A DNA stretch of 63,997 bases, the filler included, from Octopus bimaculoides (lineage: Eukaryota): NCBI RefSeq assembly GCF_001194135.2. It is 8 parts of 7 records of this genome, joined end to end, with 100 filler letters (N's around TTAATTAATTAA, not from the genome) between each part and the next. Parts side by side here need not be neighbours in the genome. Positions count along the whole stretch, not along the records: positions 1 to 19,482 come from NC_068982.1; positions 19,583 to 34,075 come from NC_069002.1; 6 more parts are not named here. The stretch is one strand, 5' to 3'. Numbering within the stretch: the stretch's first letter is position 1; every line of letters starts with the position of its first letter. The notes under the pieces were generated by a model. The model saw nothing but the letters and a program-made list of their open reading frames with translations. It ran no database searches and had not been told where the DNA came from. A program made the translations under genes and the position numbers. Shown here piece by piece: positions 14,438 through 28,161 of this stretch.

Positions 14438-14608
14438 TCAGGCTGGCTGAATCCTAACCGCTCGGGTGAAGATGCGTAGTGACATTATTTCCTGCTTTAC
14501 TTTGTGAGATCAAATACGATCGACTTTCTCTTTCAACACTTTTGGGGTCAGCAAAATAACAATGACTTGAGCCCTGGGGTCGATGTATTCGATTAAGACA
14601 CTCGCAAC
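14438..14608 (+). mobile_element. Old, degenerate SINE family B copy
   Basis: ggctggctgaatcctaac head remnant; tcgactttctctttcaac and ccctggggtcgatgtattcgatt. Confidence 0.5.
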
Positions 14609-14843
14609 ACTATATATATATATGTGTGTGTGTATGCCTGTGTGTGTCTGTGTGTGTGTGTAAATTATAAATTCGTTTCTATCTGTCTGTCTTTTGTGCG
14701 CTTATAACTCGAGTTTTGTTCATCCGATCGCGCTGATATTTTAAACATGGATACATGAGAGTGCCTGGCGTTCCGTAATCTAAAAAGATTTTCAAAATTG
14801 GCAGTTTCAAAATGAGAATCGCTATTTTTGTAATCCTTATGGC

Positions 14844-16060
14844 CTGTCCATCGGATGATTAAAACTTACATCTTTATTTTTATTCTAAACAACGTTTACG
14901 TATCCCGTTGTTCATACCACTACGTCAGTGAAAATCGAAATACAATGCTATGCTTAAACCAACAGTCGTCAAATGCAAATGCCAAAGAGCTGTTAATTGT
15001 TTAAATATCACTTGCAATATTCACTTTGGAGATAAAACAGCGTTCAGTGAGGCGTAAAGGTGTCAACGTGGGGCTTGTACTATGGGAGAGTGCATTGTGC
15101 TTATCCTAATTCACATCGATTTAACATGGAGGTTCATATAGATTGCCTTCTTGCCAAGCAAACTTTTTACATTACTTTTTGTCCTGTTTCTTCCGCCATC
15201 CTGTTCATTAACCGACGTTCTAAACAATTCATTTCAACATTTTCACATTTAAAAGACAGATATATGTAAATAAAACTTGCCATTTGTAAATACAGTATCA
15301 TTTTGATTTAAATATTAGACCACGAACAACTGTATTCATTTCTGTGTTTTCACACTTTTGTAAGCGGCTAAAAAATCGATATCACTCTAACTTTAATTAA
15401 CTGTAATCAGTCACGTGAATTCGCGGTCAAATGTGTTCTTACGACTGTTTTTCGTGCGATAAACCAGCTGACATGAAAAACTACTAGGAAAAGTCATTTA
15501 CTTTAAGTGAGCAAAAAAGTGAAAATAAAGCAAATAAATAACTGGTGATTACTCAATTTTCTGAAACTATTCACAACAAAATTCAATTGAAAGTAGAAAA
15601 GACTAATCGATTGCTTATGAAACGTGAACATTTAGGGGGTTACATCTAAAACCTTGCCTAACATTTCGCATCCAACTTAAAAAAAAAAATAAGCGGTATT
15701 TTTAAATTTTTGTTGCACATTGTGTTATTTCACTTCCGAGCTTCAGCTTTTTTTGCGCCAGTTTTTGAGAGAAGAGAGACTTCCCTCAGCATTTTTACGC
15801 CTTAATTGAGTTGCAATTTCTGTTTGCTTGTCCATCGGGAGATTAAAACTTCCATTTTTATTTTTATTCGAAACTAATGTTACTTATTCCGTAGTTCTAA
15901 CCACTACGCCAGTGAAAATCGAATACGTAAAGCGACAATCGTCAAATGAAAAAGCCAAAGAACTGTTTATTACTTAGATATTACTTGCAATATTCACTTT
16001 GGAATAAAAAAATTGTTCAGTCTGACGTATAGGTGTCGTATAGTTATGCTTATCCTAATG
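14844..16060 (+). repeat. Diverged direct duplication (~14844-15110 and ~15829-16060), probably an old DNA-transposon remnant
   Basis: Shared tgtccatcgg..gattaaaactt, ccactacg(t/c)cagtgaaaatcgaa, cttgcaatattcactttgga and tgcttatcctaat in the same order. Confidence 0.7.
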
Positions 16061-18063
16061 CGAAAGTGTCTGAGTGCAAAAAGTTTAAGGTTAATTATGA
16101 TGTCCGATTCCACTGGAAGTTGTATATATTGTGGGCTGAACACTTTCCTTCATTTTATCGGCCTCATGATAATTTTGAAAAGGTTCACTGTGTTAAGATT
16201 CACTATGAATCAGTTTTCCTTATTTAGAAGAAACAGTCAACAGTTTTAACGTCTCAGGAATCTTAAACGCCCTAACCAAAAGTAACAACCCCACACAATC
16301 GCCAAACATCTCCACGACATAACAGTCCAAGTTAACCCTCTTCACGTATATATATANNNNNNNNNNNNNNNNNNNNNNNNNNNNNNNNNNNNNNNNNNNN
16401 NNNNNATAATTGTGTGTGTGAGAAAGTGTATGCGAATGCGTGTTATGTGTGTGTATGAGAGTGGGTGTGTATGTTGTGTGTTGGGTGTGTGTGTGTGGGG
16501 GGGGGTGTTGAGTGTGCGTGTGTGTATATTTGTGTGCGTGTGTATATGTATGCATGTTTGTTGATGAACGAGAGAAAAATTACGCGGTCATTTTACTCCT
16601 AAAATAGAAGCCAAATCTTGATTGAATTACACAATACAGACTGAAAAAACAAAGAAAGCAATAAACAAGAGCTGAAGAATATATATCTTTCGATATAAGA
16701 TGTGATAAAATAACACAGAAATTGACCACCGTATGAAACTTTAATTGCAGCTTCGCTAAAGTCGCAAGCCCTAATAGTTCTATAAAACAATGCAACTTAT
16801 ATAGCCAATTTAATTTTTTTCAAGCTATCATGAACATATACCCGATTGAGAGGTGTATTTATCTGAAACAATATAAGTATATTTGTCGCCGCATGATATT
16901 ATAAATGCGATGTGTTGAACCAAAGGAGATGGCATCGGCACAGCATTTATTATTTCAAATAGTACCCGGGTTAAATATCGCCCGGGTAAAATAATGCCTG
17001 GTTCAAATATTTATAGAGATTATCCAGTGATTAGGAGAGCTTCTGTTCTAATATTCAAAAAAGAACTGTTTCTAACATTACCATAATCACATTCAAAAGT
17101 ATGGAACGTTCGAGTTGTCTTGAATAGCGGAGCCGAAAGAACTAATATTCTACACATATAATTATACTCATGAAAATGTATGTGTTGAGTTCTCGAGCGT
17201 ATTGACGCAGATCCAATCCACTCAGGTGCCAAAAAAAGATAATACTCCAAGAGACCTGAGTCCTGTTCAGGGTGTGGGGAACATATAAGATTATAATGTC
17301 ATATATGTGTGTATGTGTGTGGGGGGGTGCGTATGTGTGTATGTGTGTGCAGTGTCTTTAGATATAATACGACCATAACAATTATATCCGTGCGACGAAT
17401 GCTATGATGTTTTATATTAAGTATGTTAGTATACCTGTGTCACTATTGATCGATATGTTTACCTATCTATTTATTTATCTACTCGTCAATCTATCTTTCT
17501 CTGTGTGTTTGTGTGTGTGTGTGTATGTGTGTGTGTGTGTGTGCGTGTGTGTGCGCGCCGCGCGCGTGTGTGTATATACAGATGTTACATAGACACAAAT
17601 GCACAGATCTATATAGAAATAGAAATATTACGAACCGTACTACCAAGTTACATCGGGCACTTATGGTAATAAATAAAAAATCAATGTTGGTGTCAACATT
17701 TAAACTTAAAGATCAGTAAACACGCTATTTCATTTTACTCGGGCATCCTGATATAAGCAACGATCAATAGAGATCAATGAATGTAAAAGATTCTTTTATG
17801 AACTCCAGAAGCTCAAACATTTCTATTATGTAACAATTCTTTCTGAATAACATCAACAATGTATGGAAAGTGATAAAATTAATCAAAGGATATTGCCTAC
17901 ATCATTTAATCGAAACTCTGATTGTATATAAATATAGAAATGTTCATATGGATATCTACACGCACACTTCTAAAAATCTGTATGAATGAACACACACCTA
18001 TATGTATATGTGGGTCTGTCTGAGTGAGTGAGTGAGTGTGTGTGTGTGTGTATGTGTGTATGT

Positions 18064-18118
<55 letters not shown>

Positions 18119-18559
18119 NNNNNNNNNNGTGTGTATATATATGTGTGTGTGTGTATATTATGTGTGTGTGTGTGTGTAACGTAGATATGTTACGGTCAAA
18201 GACCGGCTCAGAACATGCCTACGTTTATAGCACCACCTGATACGGTATGTTAAGTCATTTTAAAGTCAAGATTTGTGGCATTATGGCCCATTCAAGCTGA
18301 CTGAGAGATACCAAGGCATTGGTAGTTTATCTGGTGTCCCTTGAAGAAGTTTGTCCACGTTTCGTTTGGTGATGTTTATTTTTATTTTATTTATTTATTT
18401 ATTTATTTTGATTGGTAAGATGATGAGAAGGAACTGTGTCGTAGTGAATTTCTCTGTAGGTTTATATGGCACTTGGCCCTGGCCTTGGAGGAATCTAACG
18501 TTAAGGTATTTTGGATAATGTTGGTGCTATTGTCTCCAGCTACAACGATTTAAGGTGGT

Positions 18560-19135
18560 CCCAATAATCAAGTTGAATCATGCACGCAATTTTTAGCGAT
18601 TGCTCTCTCTCTCAGGTTAATCCCTTCTCGCAATTCTTTGCTCAGTATGGGGACACCAGAGGAGGCAGCAGTCTTCTACATATGACCGTACAAAGGAGGA
18701 GGAACGGGGAATGATGATATCTTGCTATCCAGACAGGAAGTACTGAGGATCCAAAGCTCATCCTGCGAGCAATGTAGACTTTATTGCTGTGGGCATACCA
18801 TTGTGTGTATTTCCTCTGAAGGTAGCGAATACGGCTGTTTGAGCGCGATCTTTTTTTCCAAAATGCATGAGTTCAAATTTTCCCTCTTTTAACCGCATTT
18901 TGTTTTGTCTGCTCACTGGCTTACACCATGCAAATCAGAATGGAACTCAGATCGGCTTTCTTATTCATTAATAATTTTCTGACAAGGGTATCATCTGCAG
19001 ATATTTTTAGATTACTGTATTTGATGAAGCTTTTACTGAGATTCACTAGATACCACGGATCACAGCACGTATTCTGACCAAGAGGGAATACATAATCCAG
19101 TGGAGCAGTTTTCCACGGATTCCAATATTTCACTA
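18560..19135 (-). mobile_element. Decayed CR1/L2-type LINE reverse transcriptase fragment
   Basis: Minus frames LKISADDTLV (FADD-like) and KFELMHFGKK; heavily frameshifted. Confidence 0.6.
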
Positions 19136-19582
19136 TTTTAACTGGAGGATATTGTGGTTGACGCTACTGAACACTTTGATGACGGCAAGATATATGACTT
19201 CACAGTTCAAACCTGATCTATCCTTGATCTTGCCCCCGTTCTCACATAAGAGAAAGAAAAACGAAAGAGGAAAAAAATCGTATTGAGTGCGCATCAGAAT
19301 TATTAGGATAAAACTTACAAGAGGATGCGTGGCGTTCAATCATATACCAATATAAATATATATGTCTTTCATTGTTCGAAAGAATAGTTCATGTTCTAAG
19401 CACTTGTGTGCTTCGTATTGTATTGTACGCGTTTCGATACGTCCTGTGCCCACATATGCATATATATATATATATATATATANNNNNNNNNNNNNNNNNN
19501 NNNNNNNNNNNNNNNNNNNNNNNNNNTTAATTAATTAANNNNNNNNNNNNNNNNNNNNNNNNNNNNNNNNNNNNNNNNNNNN

Positions 19583-19629
<47 letters not shown>

Positions 19630-19857
19630 TGTTTTATATATATATGTATATATATGTATGTATATATATATGTATGTATATATATGTGTGTGTGTGTGTG
19701 TATGTATGTATATATATATGTATATATATGTATACATATATATGTATATATGTGTATATATATGTATATATATATATGTATAAATATATGCATGTATATA
19801 TATGTATGTATATATATATGTATGTATGAATATATATATACTATATATGTATGAATA

Positions 19858-19891
<34 letters not shown>

Positions 19892-19991
19892 NNNNNNNNN
19901 NNNNNNNNNNNNNNNNNNNNNNNNNNNNNNNNNNNNNNNNNNNNNNNNNNNNNNNNNNNNNNNNNNNNNNNNNNNNNNNNNNNNNNNNNNN

Positions 19992-20031
<40 letters not shown>

Positions 20032-20573
20032 CAGAGAGAGACGGACAGACAGAGCAGCAATAAACCTATGTCCGAAGTAGAGCATGCCTGAAATAAAGGA
20101 GACTCTTTCTTCTTTATGGGTAGGCTTGGTTGGGGACGGAATGGTTAAATGACTATGATGCATTTTCCATTGGTGGCAGAAGAGTAAACCTCGAGGTTGT
20201 AATCTTGTGGCCAAGCTACAGCATATAAGAGAAGAAAAATGAGACTAAAAGCTTGATTATAATAAAGTAATTGAGTAGTTAATAGCAGATTAGCGGGTTA
20301 TAAATCGATTAGGGAAGATTAACGTGAAATATATCGATAATCGGCACACTTTTAGCGATTATGACTCCGAATTAATTTATTCTACCTTGAAAACAAATGG
20401 ATGTTGGTTCTGTTAAGGTACATCACGTATGACATGATGTTATGAAAGCTGCCCCCATGGCTCCAGATCGGCGGGCGCTGATCAATTTATGTCAGTCGAA
20501 GAGCGTTCAAGAGTGTTAACATTCAGTACTGCCTTCGGAGATTGGATCGCTTAAATATATCTAGGTGTTTGTA

Positions 20574-20680
20574 GAAGAAGAAGAAGAAGAAGAAGAAGAA
20601 GAAGAAGAAGAAGAAGAAGAAGAAGAAGAAGAAGAAGAAGAAGAAGAAGAAGAAGAAGAAGAAGAAGAAGAAGAAGAAGA
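20574..20680 (+). repeat. Pure (GAA)~35 microsatellite
   Basis: Read directly. Confidence 0.95.
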
Positions 20681-20689
20681 CTTTCTTCT

Positions 20690-20770
20690 ATAGGTACAAG
20701 GACAAGACCTGAAATTTTGTGGGAGGGTACAAGTCAGTTACATCAACTGCAGTCTTAAACTGATATTTAT
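20690..20770 (-). mobile_element. SINE family B 3' fragment next to a (GAA)n tract
   Basis: ctataggtacaaggacaagacctgaaattttgtgggaggg matches family 3' end. Confidence 0.55.
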
Positions 20771-21242
20771 TTGAAGTAAAGATTATTTGCCAACATAACA
20801 TGGCAGTCCTGGTTTAGGACGAGTGTTGCTGTAATTTAGCCCCACGAGGCATCGTCTCCCGCTGGCTATATGACACGATCTGTATGTATATGTCTATATG
20901 TCCTTGTATATGTATATATCTGTATATATATATATATGGATATGTACATGTATGTATGTGCATATATGTGTGTGCGTGTATGTGCTTACATGTATATATT
21001 TGTATGTATATAGGTTTGTGAATCTATATGTATATGTGCATGTATGTCTATGGAAGTATATATATTGATATATATGTGTATATATGTGTGTATGTGAGTG
21101 TGTATATATATATGCATGTATTCCATAACTATGCAAACAATATGTAATCATTTGGCAATTTTTATTTGTGTACAAATGTATTTGTGTGTGTGTGTGTATA
21201 TGTATATATATATGTATATATATATATATATANNNNNNNNNN

Positions 21243-21287
<45 letters not shown>

Positions 21288-21354
21288 TGTGAGTGTAACT
21301 GTATGTATATAGCTATGTAGGTATATATATGTATGTATATATGTGTGTATATAC

Positions 21355-21393
<39 letters not shown>

Positions 21394-22490
21394 AATATAT
21401 ATGTACGTATCTATGTATATACATGTGTGTGTGTGTATGTCTGTGTGCATGAATGTTTAGGTATGTGTGTATATATGTGTGTGTGTGTGTATATATATAA
21501 TAAAAATTGTTTCATTTGAGTTACTAAATAAATTTAATAACCAAAATAATAATTATTATAGTATTGTATAGTTTATAAATAGTATTCTCGTTACAACAAT
21601 GTTGTTTGCTACTTCTGAAAGTACTGATAAAGTTTAGATATGCACCATATATGGTCCCTCATTTTGTAAATAATATAAATTACTTCATCGGGAACATTAC
21701 TTGCTGCTTGTTTGGTTTGTATCGATGTTTCCTGCCGATTCACTAAATTCTCCCTTCCATGACGTGCGAATAATAATCATTTACGTAACTTCAAATCTGG
21801 TTACCCCTAAAATTTAATGAATTTGATTTCCATTGTTTTAGCCTAAAATATAATAATTACGGAAGTCTCCCTGCAATAGATGAAGTAAACAAAGAGAGAA
21901 ATCTTCGTTAGGTTTCTATTCGTATCTACTACGTAATTATCCCTACGAGAAAATAATAAATATAGAAGATTATTATTAGTTAATTTAAACAATTAATTTT
22001 TATTTCAACTAATTTAAATAGATAAAAGAGACGTTGTTTGAAGATGTAATTGCTTATATATTTTTTGTTGTAGTTATACGTAGGAGAAAACTTAGATTCT
22101 TAATTATATACATCTATATACACACATATTATTATTGTATGTTGTGATAACAAGAGACTATCTTGGACATGAAATGGTTTCAAATGGCATATGTTTGAAA
22201 CATAATGAAGTAAATTTCGATGGTTATGTATTGCACTTGCATGATTGTATCGTCCGATAAAGTGTAATTGCTGTTTGTTAATTATAATTGATGTACGATT
22301 GATTAGTTAACGCTCATGCTCATAACGCAGACATTTGAATTAATTTTTATAATTCAGCCGTCCTTTCGCACGGAATTTCGTTTTTTTCTAAGCCAAATAC
22401 CCTGAAGTGACTATATATATAATGGAACTGTGATTATATTACAAAAAATATACATAAGTCGAAACAATTTGTTGGCCCTTTTTGGTCTTT

Positions 22491-22680
22491 ATAATGGTTG
22501 ACTGGAGTTGCTAACACAACTGATATCCAGCTTTAAATTCTGCACTTTTCTTTCTGAAGAGCGATGTGGAGAGAGATGCCTGTTCAGGAAAATACAATTT
22601 TGTGGAGAAATGATTATGTGCAGGATTTACTACAAGAACTGAGGTTAGATACAATGAAGAAACAACTTCTCTTGCTTACA
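22491..22680 (+). repeat. Left arm of a 190-bp inverted repeat
   Basis: Reverse complement of 24400-24589 with 4 mismatches and no indels (aligned by hand). Confidence 0.95.
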
Positions 22681-22737
22681 TATTATGTTATATATTATTT
22701 TCATAGTATTTAATGTAATATTGTAATAATTTATCTT

Positions 22738-22828
<91 letters not shown>

Positions 22829-22833
22829 GTATG

Positions 22834-22897
<64 letters not shown>

Positions 22898-22979
22898 CAT
22901 GCACACATGCATGCATGCATATATACATTTTTATACACATATATATACAGATACAGACACAAACAACATGACAGACTTT

Positions 22980-23130
22980 TACACACTTTGTATCGACCGA
23001 ATTCCACTCGAAAGGTGTTGGTCAAATGAAAACTATGGGAGAGTCACGTGTTCAAAGTGTAGTGCGATGGGATCAAACCGGAAGCACGAGTTTGTGAAGC
23101 GAACTTCTTAACACCACAGTCTTGCCAGCA
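22980..23130 (-). mobile_element. SINE family A 5' fragment, degenerate
   Basis: aattccactcgaaaggtgttggtc...atgggatcaaaccggaagcacgag. Confidence 0.55.
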
Positions 23131-23189
23131 CCAATATTTATGTCAATTAGTCTATTTTATTCATAATATTTCGATATTTTAACACTCCA

Positions 23190-23640
23190 ATATGTGTATT
23201 ACGCATTAATCCAGTTAATCATTTCTCTTCCGTTTTCAATTTCATTTTATAATATCTCTGAACCCCAACTAGGTTTCTTGTACGATTTTACATTTGACTT
23301 CACGCAACTACTCACAGCGTACTCATTATTATTGCAGGCACCATTAATAATCTCATTGCCTTATTATCTGGAAGATTGCTTCCCACAGATTCCATTCGCT
23401 ACTTCTCACTTTGTGAACACGATGGTGCAATTAGTTGCATTGTATTTTAACTCAAATTTTCTGAAGAATAGCTTCGTTGCACACAGGTTTCCAACAGACG
23501 AATTGCTAGTTCACTGCATTTCAACTCCACACCGACAGTTCTTGTTTGGTTTATATCGGACTCGTTCAAAAAATGTAGCTTGTTTTAATTACGGTGCATA
23601 AGCATTACATGGTTATTTCTTAATTAGGATTCACTGATTT
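23190..23640 (-). mobile_element. Decayed retroelement-like coding remnant (family uncertain, possibly Penelope N-terminus)
   Basis: Minus frame ...VELKCSELAIRLLETCVQRSYSSE with stops; composition differs from flanks. Confidence 0.25.
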
Positions 23641-23920
23641 TCTTCATGGGTGATTTCGTTGGAAATCAACGCAAGAATGGAAAATAAATTATTATTCTAC
23701 ATTTTACCCAAAAGCATTGGTAAACCTTAGACAGAATTAGACTGGGTTCTCATATTTTAATATTCTCTCATGTTCTCATCATATCCTCACAAATCTCTTT
23801 GTCTGAAGAAGAAAACTGCTTAATGCAAGAGAAATTGATTTGTCAATAAGAATCTTAACTGATTAATTACATATGCATGTCTACACTTTACTCCTAATCC
23901 ACAGGATAAAGGTAAACAGG

Positions 23921-23954
<34 letters not shown>

Positions 23955-24399
23955 CACTTACACATACACACACATAGAGATACAAGTGCAGAATCACAAT
24001 ACATAAAATGAAATGCATAAAGTATCATCGATATATATAGGCTTGATGAATAAACTCTAAATCACGTGTCTAGTTTTTTTTTTTTTTTTGTTTGCGTTGT
24101 TGTTTAGTCGGTTTCCCTGTTTGTATGAAGAAGGTAGGGGAAATGGGTGGCAGTGCTGAAAAAGGTGTGAAGGAGGAATAGGAAAAAAGTATTATAAAAT
24201 GAGATGGATTACATAGATAAATAGATAGTTGGGAGATTAACACAGAGGAATTTTAGATAGGAAACTGTTCTGAGAAAAAGGATTAGGTAAAGTGTTTAGA
24301 GCAGAAGTGAGCGCTGTAAGGATAATGAAGTGATTGGAAACGATTGTGTTTGTTGATAAAGAGTAAATGCATATGAAGACGTTATTTAAAAATTTCTTG

Positions 24400-24589
24400 T
24401 GTAAGCAAGAGAAGTTGTTTCTTCATTGTATCTAACCTCAGTTCTTGTAGTAAATCCTGCACATAATCATTTCTTCACAAAATTGTATTTTTCTGAACAG
24501 GCATCTCTCTCCACATCGCTCTTCAGAAAGAAAAGTGCAGAATTTAAAGTTGGATATCAGTTGTGTTAGCAACTCTAGTCAACCATTAT
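24400..24589 (-). repeat. Right arm of a 190-bp inverted repeat
   Basis: Reverse complement of 22491-22680, 186/190 identical. Confidence 0.95.
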
Positions 24590-25218
24590 CTTCCGGATTA
24601 CAAGTGCTTGTAAAATATAGATTGGGTAGCCCTCCACCAAGTACGAATTAATATATTACATATTACCATGCATATGTCTATGTACAAATGAACGTGTTTT
24701 TATGTAAATGTGTGCGAAAGAGAGAGAGAGAAAATAAGAGAAGTGTATACAAAATATCAAGCCCATGTGAAATATTTGGTTAAAAGTCTTTTGTTTTATG
24801 AGGGATATTTAGTTCTATGTTTATGTTCGTCGAGAAGTTTAATGTGTTTCTGTCACTTTCCTCATCTTATTTCAATACGATCTTCATTAAATTGCTCTAA
24901 CGCTGTAGACGCTGTTTGCTTCATCCTTACACAATTATTCTAACGTTATTAACTTTTCTATCTTTTGTACTAGTTCTGAATGCTTTAGTTAATGTATTTA
25001 ATGCAATTGGAAACATGGGATAATATAAAAGTCTTCGGGCAATGTTTGTTCAAGGAAGGAATCAATAAGGAAAATTGTTATATATTGATTTCTTCTTCAT
25101 AAAATAGTAAAACTTGTCCTACCACTAAGATTGAAACGTAATAAAGATATACAATAAAATAGAAAGTGGAAAATTGCTTTAATTGAAGCTACAGCTGTCA
25201 CGTATCAACATCTTGACT

Positions 25219-25329
<111 letters not shown>

Positions 25330-26206
25330 ATCTTATTCCACGCCACACAATGGCTAATTTAGTTACTACCAGTAATTTGACGGAGAAAGTTGTGAGTTAT
25401 TTTAACGTATTAGCTGTTGTTGTCAAAAATAACTAATCGATCGATGATAATCTTTGATTAGTATTGTCATCTTAATTGTTGAAGCATGTTGTCCTAAGTT
25501 TGTGAATTGTAATATTTCAGCCCCGTTTTATAAATAAATTCCCATGAATCAACTGTCCAGCTTTGATTCGAAAAATGAATATTTTCACAAACTTTACTGC
25601 TATTCTTGAGAAATATATGCATTGTACCAAATCCAATTTTCACCGCTGAAATGAATAAACCTGATCATTCAATGATAGTGACCAGTGGTCATGGAAGGCC
25701 AAGTAATTGTATCTATTGCACAATCTATAAGATGTATAAATATTTATCCTCTCCTATGGTGTTTCTTGTAGGAAGATTTAACTGTCGTTGGTAAAGAATG
25801 TAAAGTAAATACTAATATGTTTATCTGTAAATAAATTTGGTATCCAGCATCAGAGGGATCTCCGTCTCAATTACGTTTCTGGGAATACTTCGGTTGCACA
25901 CGTTTTCATTCTACAGAACTTTGTAAAACTGTTTGAAAGATAAACGCAATGAGAAGAGAGAAACACATTGATACTTCCTGACAAACACTACTAGCAAAGT
26001 GATGGAGAATTTCGGTCTAGAAGAAAAAAGGTTTGCGAAATTCCCATACATCGTGAACATGAGGGTAAAATCCATTTACTCAGGTAAAGATTGAAGACCT
26101 TGGGAGGTGGTTCCATAAAGTAACAGAGAAATAGAAGGGAACTTCTTATAGAACTGCACAACATCCTCTGCAAGATTTTTATGATCCTGAGGAGGGCCAA
26201 ATGATT

Positions 26207-26350
26207 GAAGAAGAAGAAGAAGAAGAAGAAGAAGAAGAAGAAGAAGAAGAAGAAGAAGAAGAAGAAGAAGAAGAAGAAGAAGAAGAAGAAGAAGAAGAAG
26301 AAGAAGAAGAAGAAGAAGAAGAAGAAGAAGAAGAAGAAGAAGAAGAAGAA
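26207..26350 (+). repeat. Pure (GAA)48 microsatellite
   Basis: Read directly. Confidence 0.95.
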
Positions 26351-26685
26351 GGCAGGCAGGCGTGGCTGTGTGATAAGAAGCTGGCTTCCCAACAACATGG
26401 TTCTGGGCAAAGCCTTGTGAGTGGGTTTGGTAGACGGAAACTGAACGGAGCCTGTCGTATCAATGTGTGTGTTTGTGTGAGTTTATGTTTTCCCCCGCCA
26501 CCACCATCGCTTGGCAACTGACGTTGGTGTGCTTACATCCCCGTAACTTAGCGGTTCAGCAAAAGACCCGATAGGATATGTACCAGGCTTACAAAGAATA
26601 AGGCCTGCGGTTGATTTCTTCGACTAAAAGGCAGTGTTCCAGCATGGCCGCAGTCAAATGACTGAAATAAATAAAAGGTTAAAAG
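26351..26685 (+). mobile_element. tRNA-derived SINE, family A (internally deleted)
   Basis: gcgtggctgtgtgataagaagc head; aaagccttgtgagtgggtttggtagacggaaactgaa; tail ccagcatggccgcagtcaaatgactgaaa. Confidence 0.85.
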
Positions 26686-27089
26686 AATAAAAACCGTGTT
26701 TCCTGCAAATCTACGTTTACTTAAATAGCAGTTCCGAGAGAAGAGACGCATCAGCCCGGTTACCTGATAAGATTTTGATTAATCTACTTGAACCACCTCT
26801 GGACTTCAAAGTAAAAAGGTTTAGATAAGAAAAGGGTCAAGAATTGGTACGAGCATCGAAAGGAAATGAGAGATTTGTGTCTCAAGGAGGAATCGAAGGT
26901 GTGAATGCGTGTAAGGGATAGATTGGACCTAGGTTCGAATAAAGGTCACATATAATGGAGATAAGAAGGAAAAACCATCCATAGGGTTTGTTTCTTGTTT
27001 TTAAAATTTGGGGGAGGAGTAAAAGTGGCACTCCATTAGTTATGACAACGAGGGTTCCAGGTGATTCCACCAACCAAACAACATGCTCG

Positions 27090-27330
27090 TGAAATTGACG
27101 TGTAAGTGACTGAACACTCCACAGAAACGCGCACACTTGATGTAGTTCTCAGGGAGATTCAGCGTGACACTGAGTGACAAGGCTGGCTCCTTGTTGCCAG
27201 CTGAGTGGACCGGAGCAACGTGAAATAAAGTGTGTTGCTCAAGGACTGAACGCACCGGTGAGTATCGAACTCACGGCCTTGCAACTGTGAGCCGAATACT
27301 TTAACCACTAAGCCACGCACCTTCACCGTA
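27090..27330 (-). mobile_element. tRNA-derived SINE, family C (CORE-like gtccttgagcaa..cactt motif)
   Basis: Minus-strand head gtggcttagtggttaaagtattcggc...gagttcgatactc; gtccttgagcaacacactttatttcacgttgctcc. Confidence 0.8.
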
Positions 27331-28161
27331 GCATTCCTCTACGTAAGGACAGGGGCAGGAATGCGGGCCACAGAGAAATCTACACCAAAGGTCCGCAAAG
27401 GGCTGGTGGTACTATCAAACTGGACGGCATCAGTTGCTTATCACAGCAATGAGTAGTGTGTCCTTCTAACTCATATATAACGCAACAACATTAAATAAGA
27501 GAAGCAATTGAATAAAACGGGGCTTGAAGGACAGGGGTGATTTTTTAGTAGTAGTAGTAGTAGTAGTAGCAGCAGCAGCAGCTGCACAATCACAGCGGCC
27601 TTTTGCACCAGAACCACCCACAAGAACAGCCGTGTATTTCATGTTCGCCGGTCGAACTTCCTACAGTTTTACGCCATCAATTTCATTAAACGTGCTTCGA
27701 TCTCATCCATCAGAAAGAGTTAAGAAGGTGACTAAAACCGTTCTTTTAGGAATATTTCATCGTATTCCTCAAACAATCGTAACTCATGACCCGTTTTCCA
27801 AATGTTTTACACGTAATTGAGCAGAAGAAAAACAGAGGCGACAAACAGAGCCCTCTACGGGGTTTAGATCAAGGGAAACGCTGATTCTGATCACATGCCA
27901 AAGAATATTTACCACAGTTTCTCAATACTTCCCTTCACCATCCCGAAACAAAGATGAAAGACCACCCTGGCATTTTATTTTCTCTGTAGCTAGTGTAAGT
28001 AATACATGTCCATTTGTTGTTAAATCTCTCTCGAATAACAGGAATTATCACCTTAAAAATCATATCGTTGTTTTCGCGCTCCTGAAAAACAAAAAATATA
28101 CACACACAAATGCAATATCAAACCAGTAACAAAAAATCTAATTAACCACAGATTTACGAGA

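Noticed and set aside
19527-19538. TTAATTAATTAA palindrome centred in N-runs, recurring at 34120, 40533, 44443, 53701, 58392 and 62937
   Set aside because: It always sits in the middle of a 100-nt gap and gives stops in all six frames, so it is a scaffolding placeholder, not biology.
25990-26200. Coding-like stretch before the (GAA)48 tract
   Set aside because: Probably a LINE 3' remnant (VTLWNHLP on the minus strand), but orientation and family could not be fixed.
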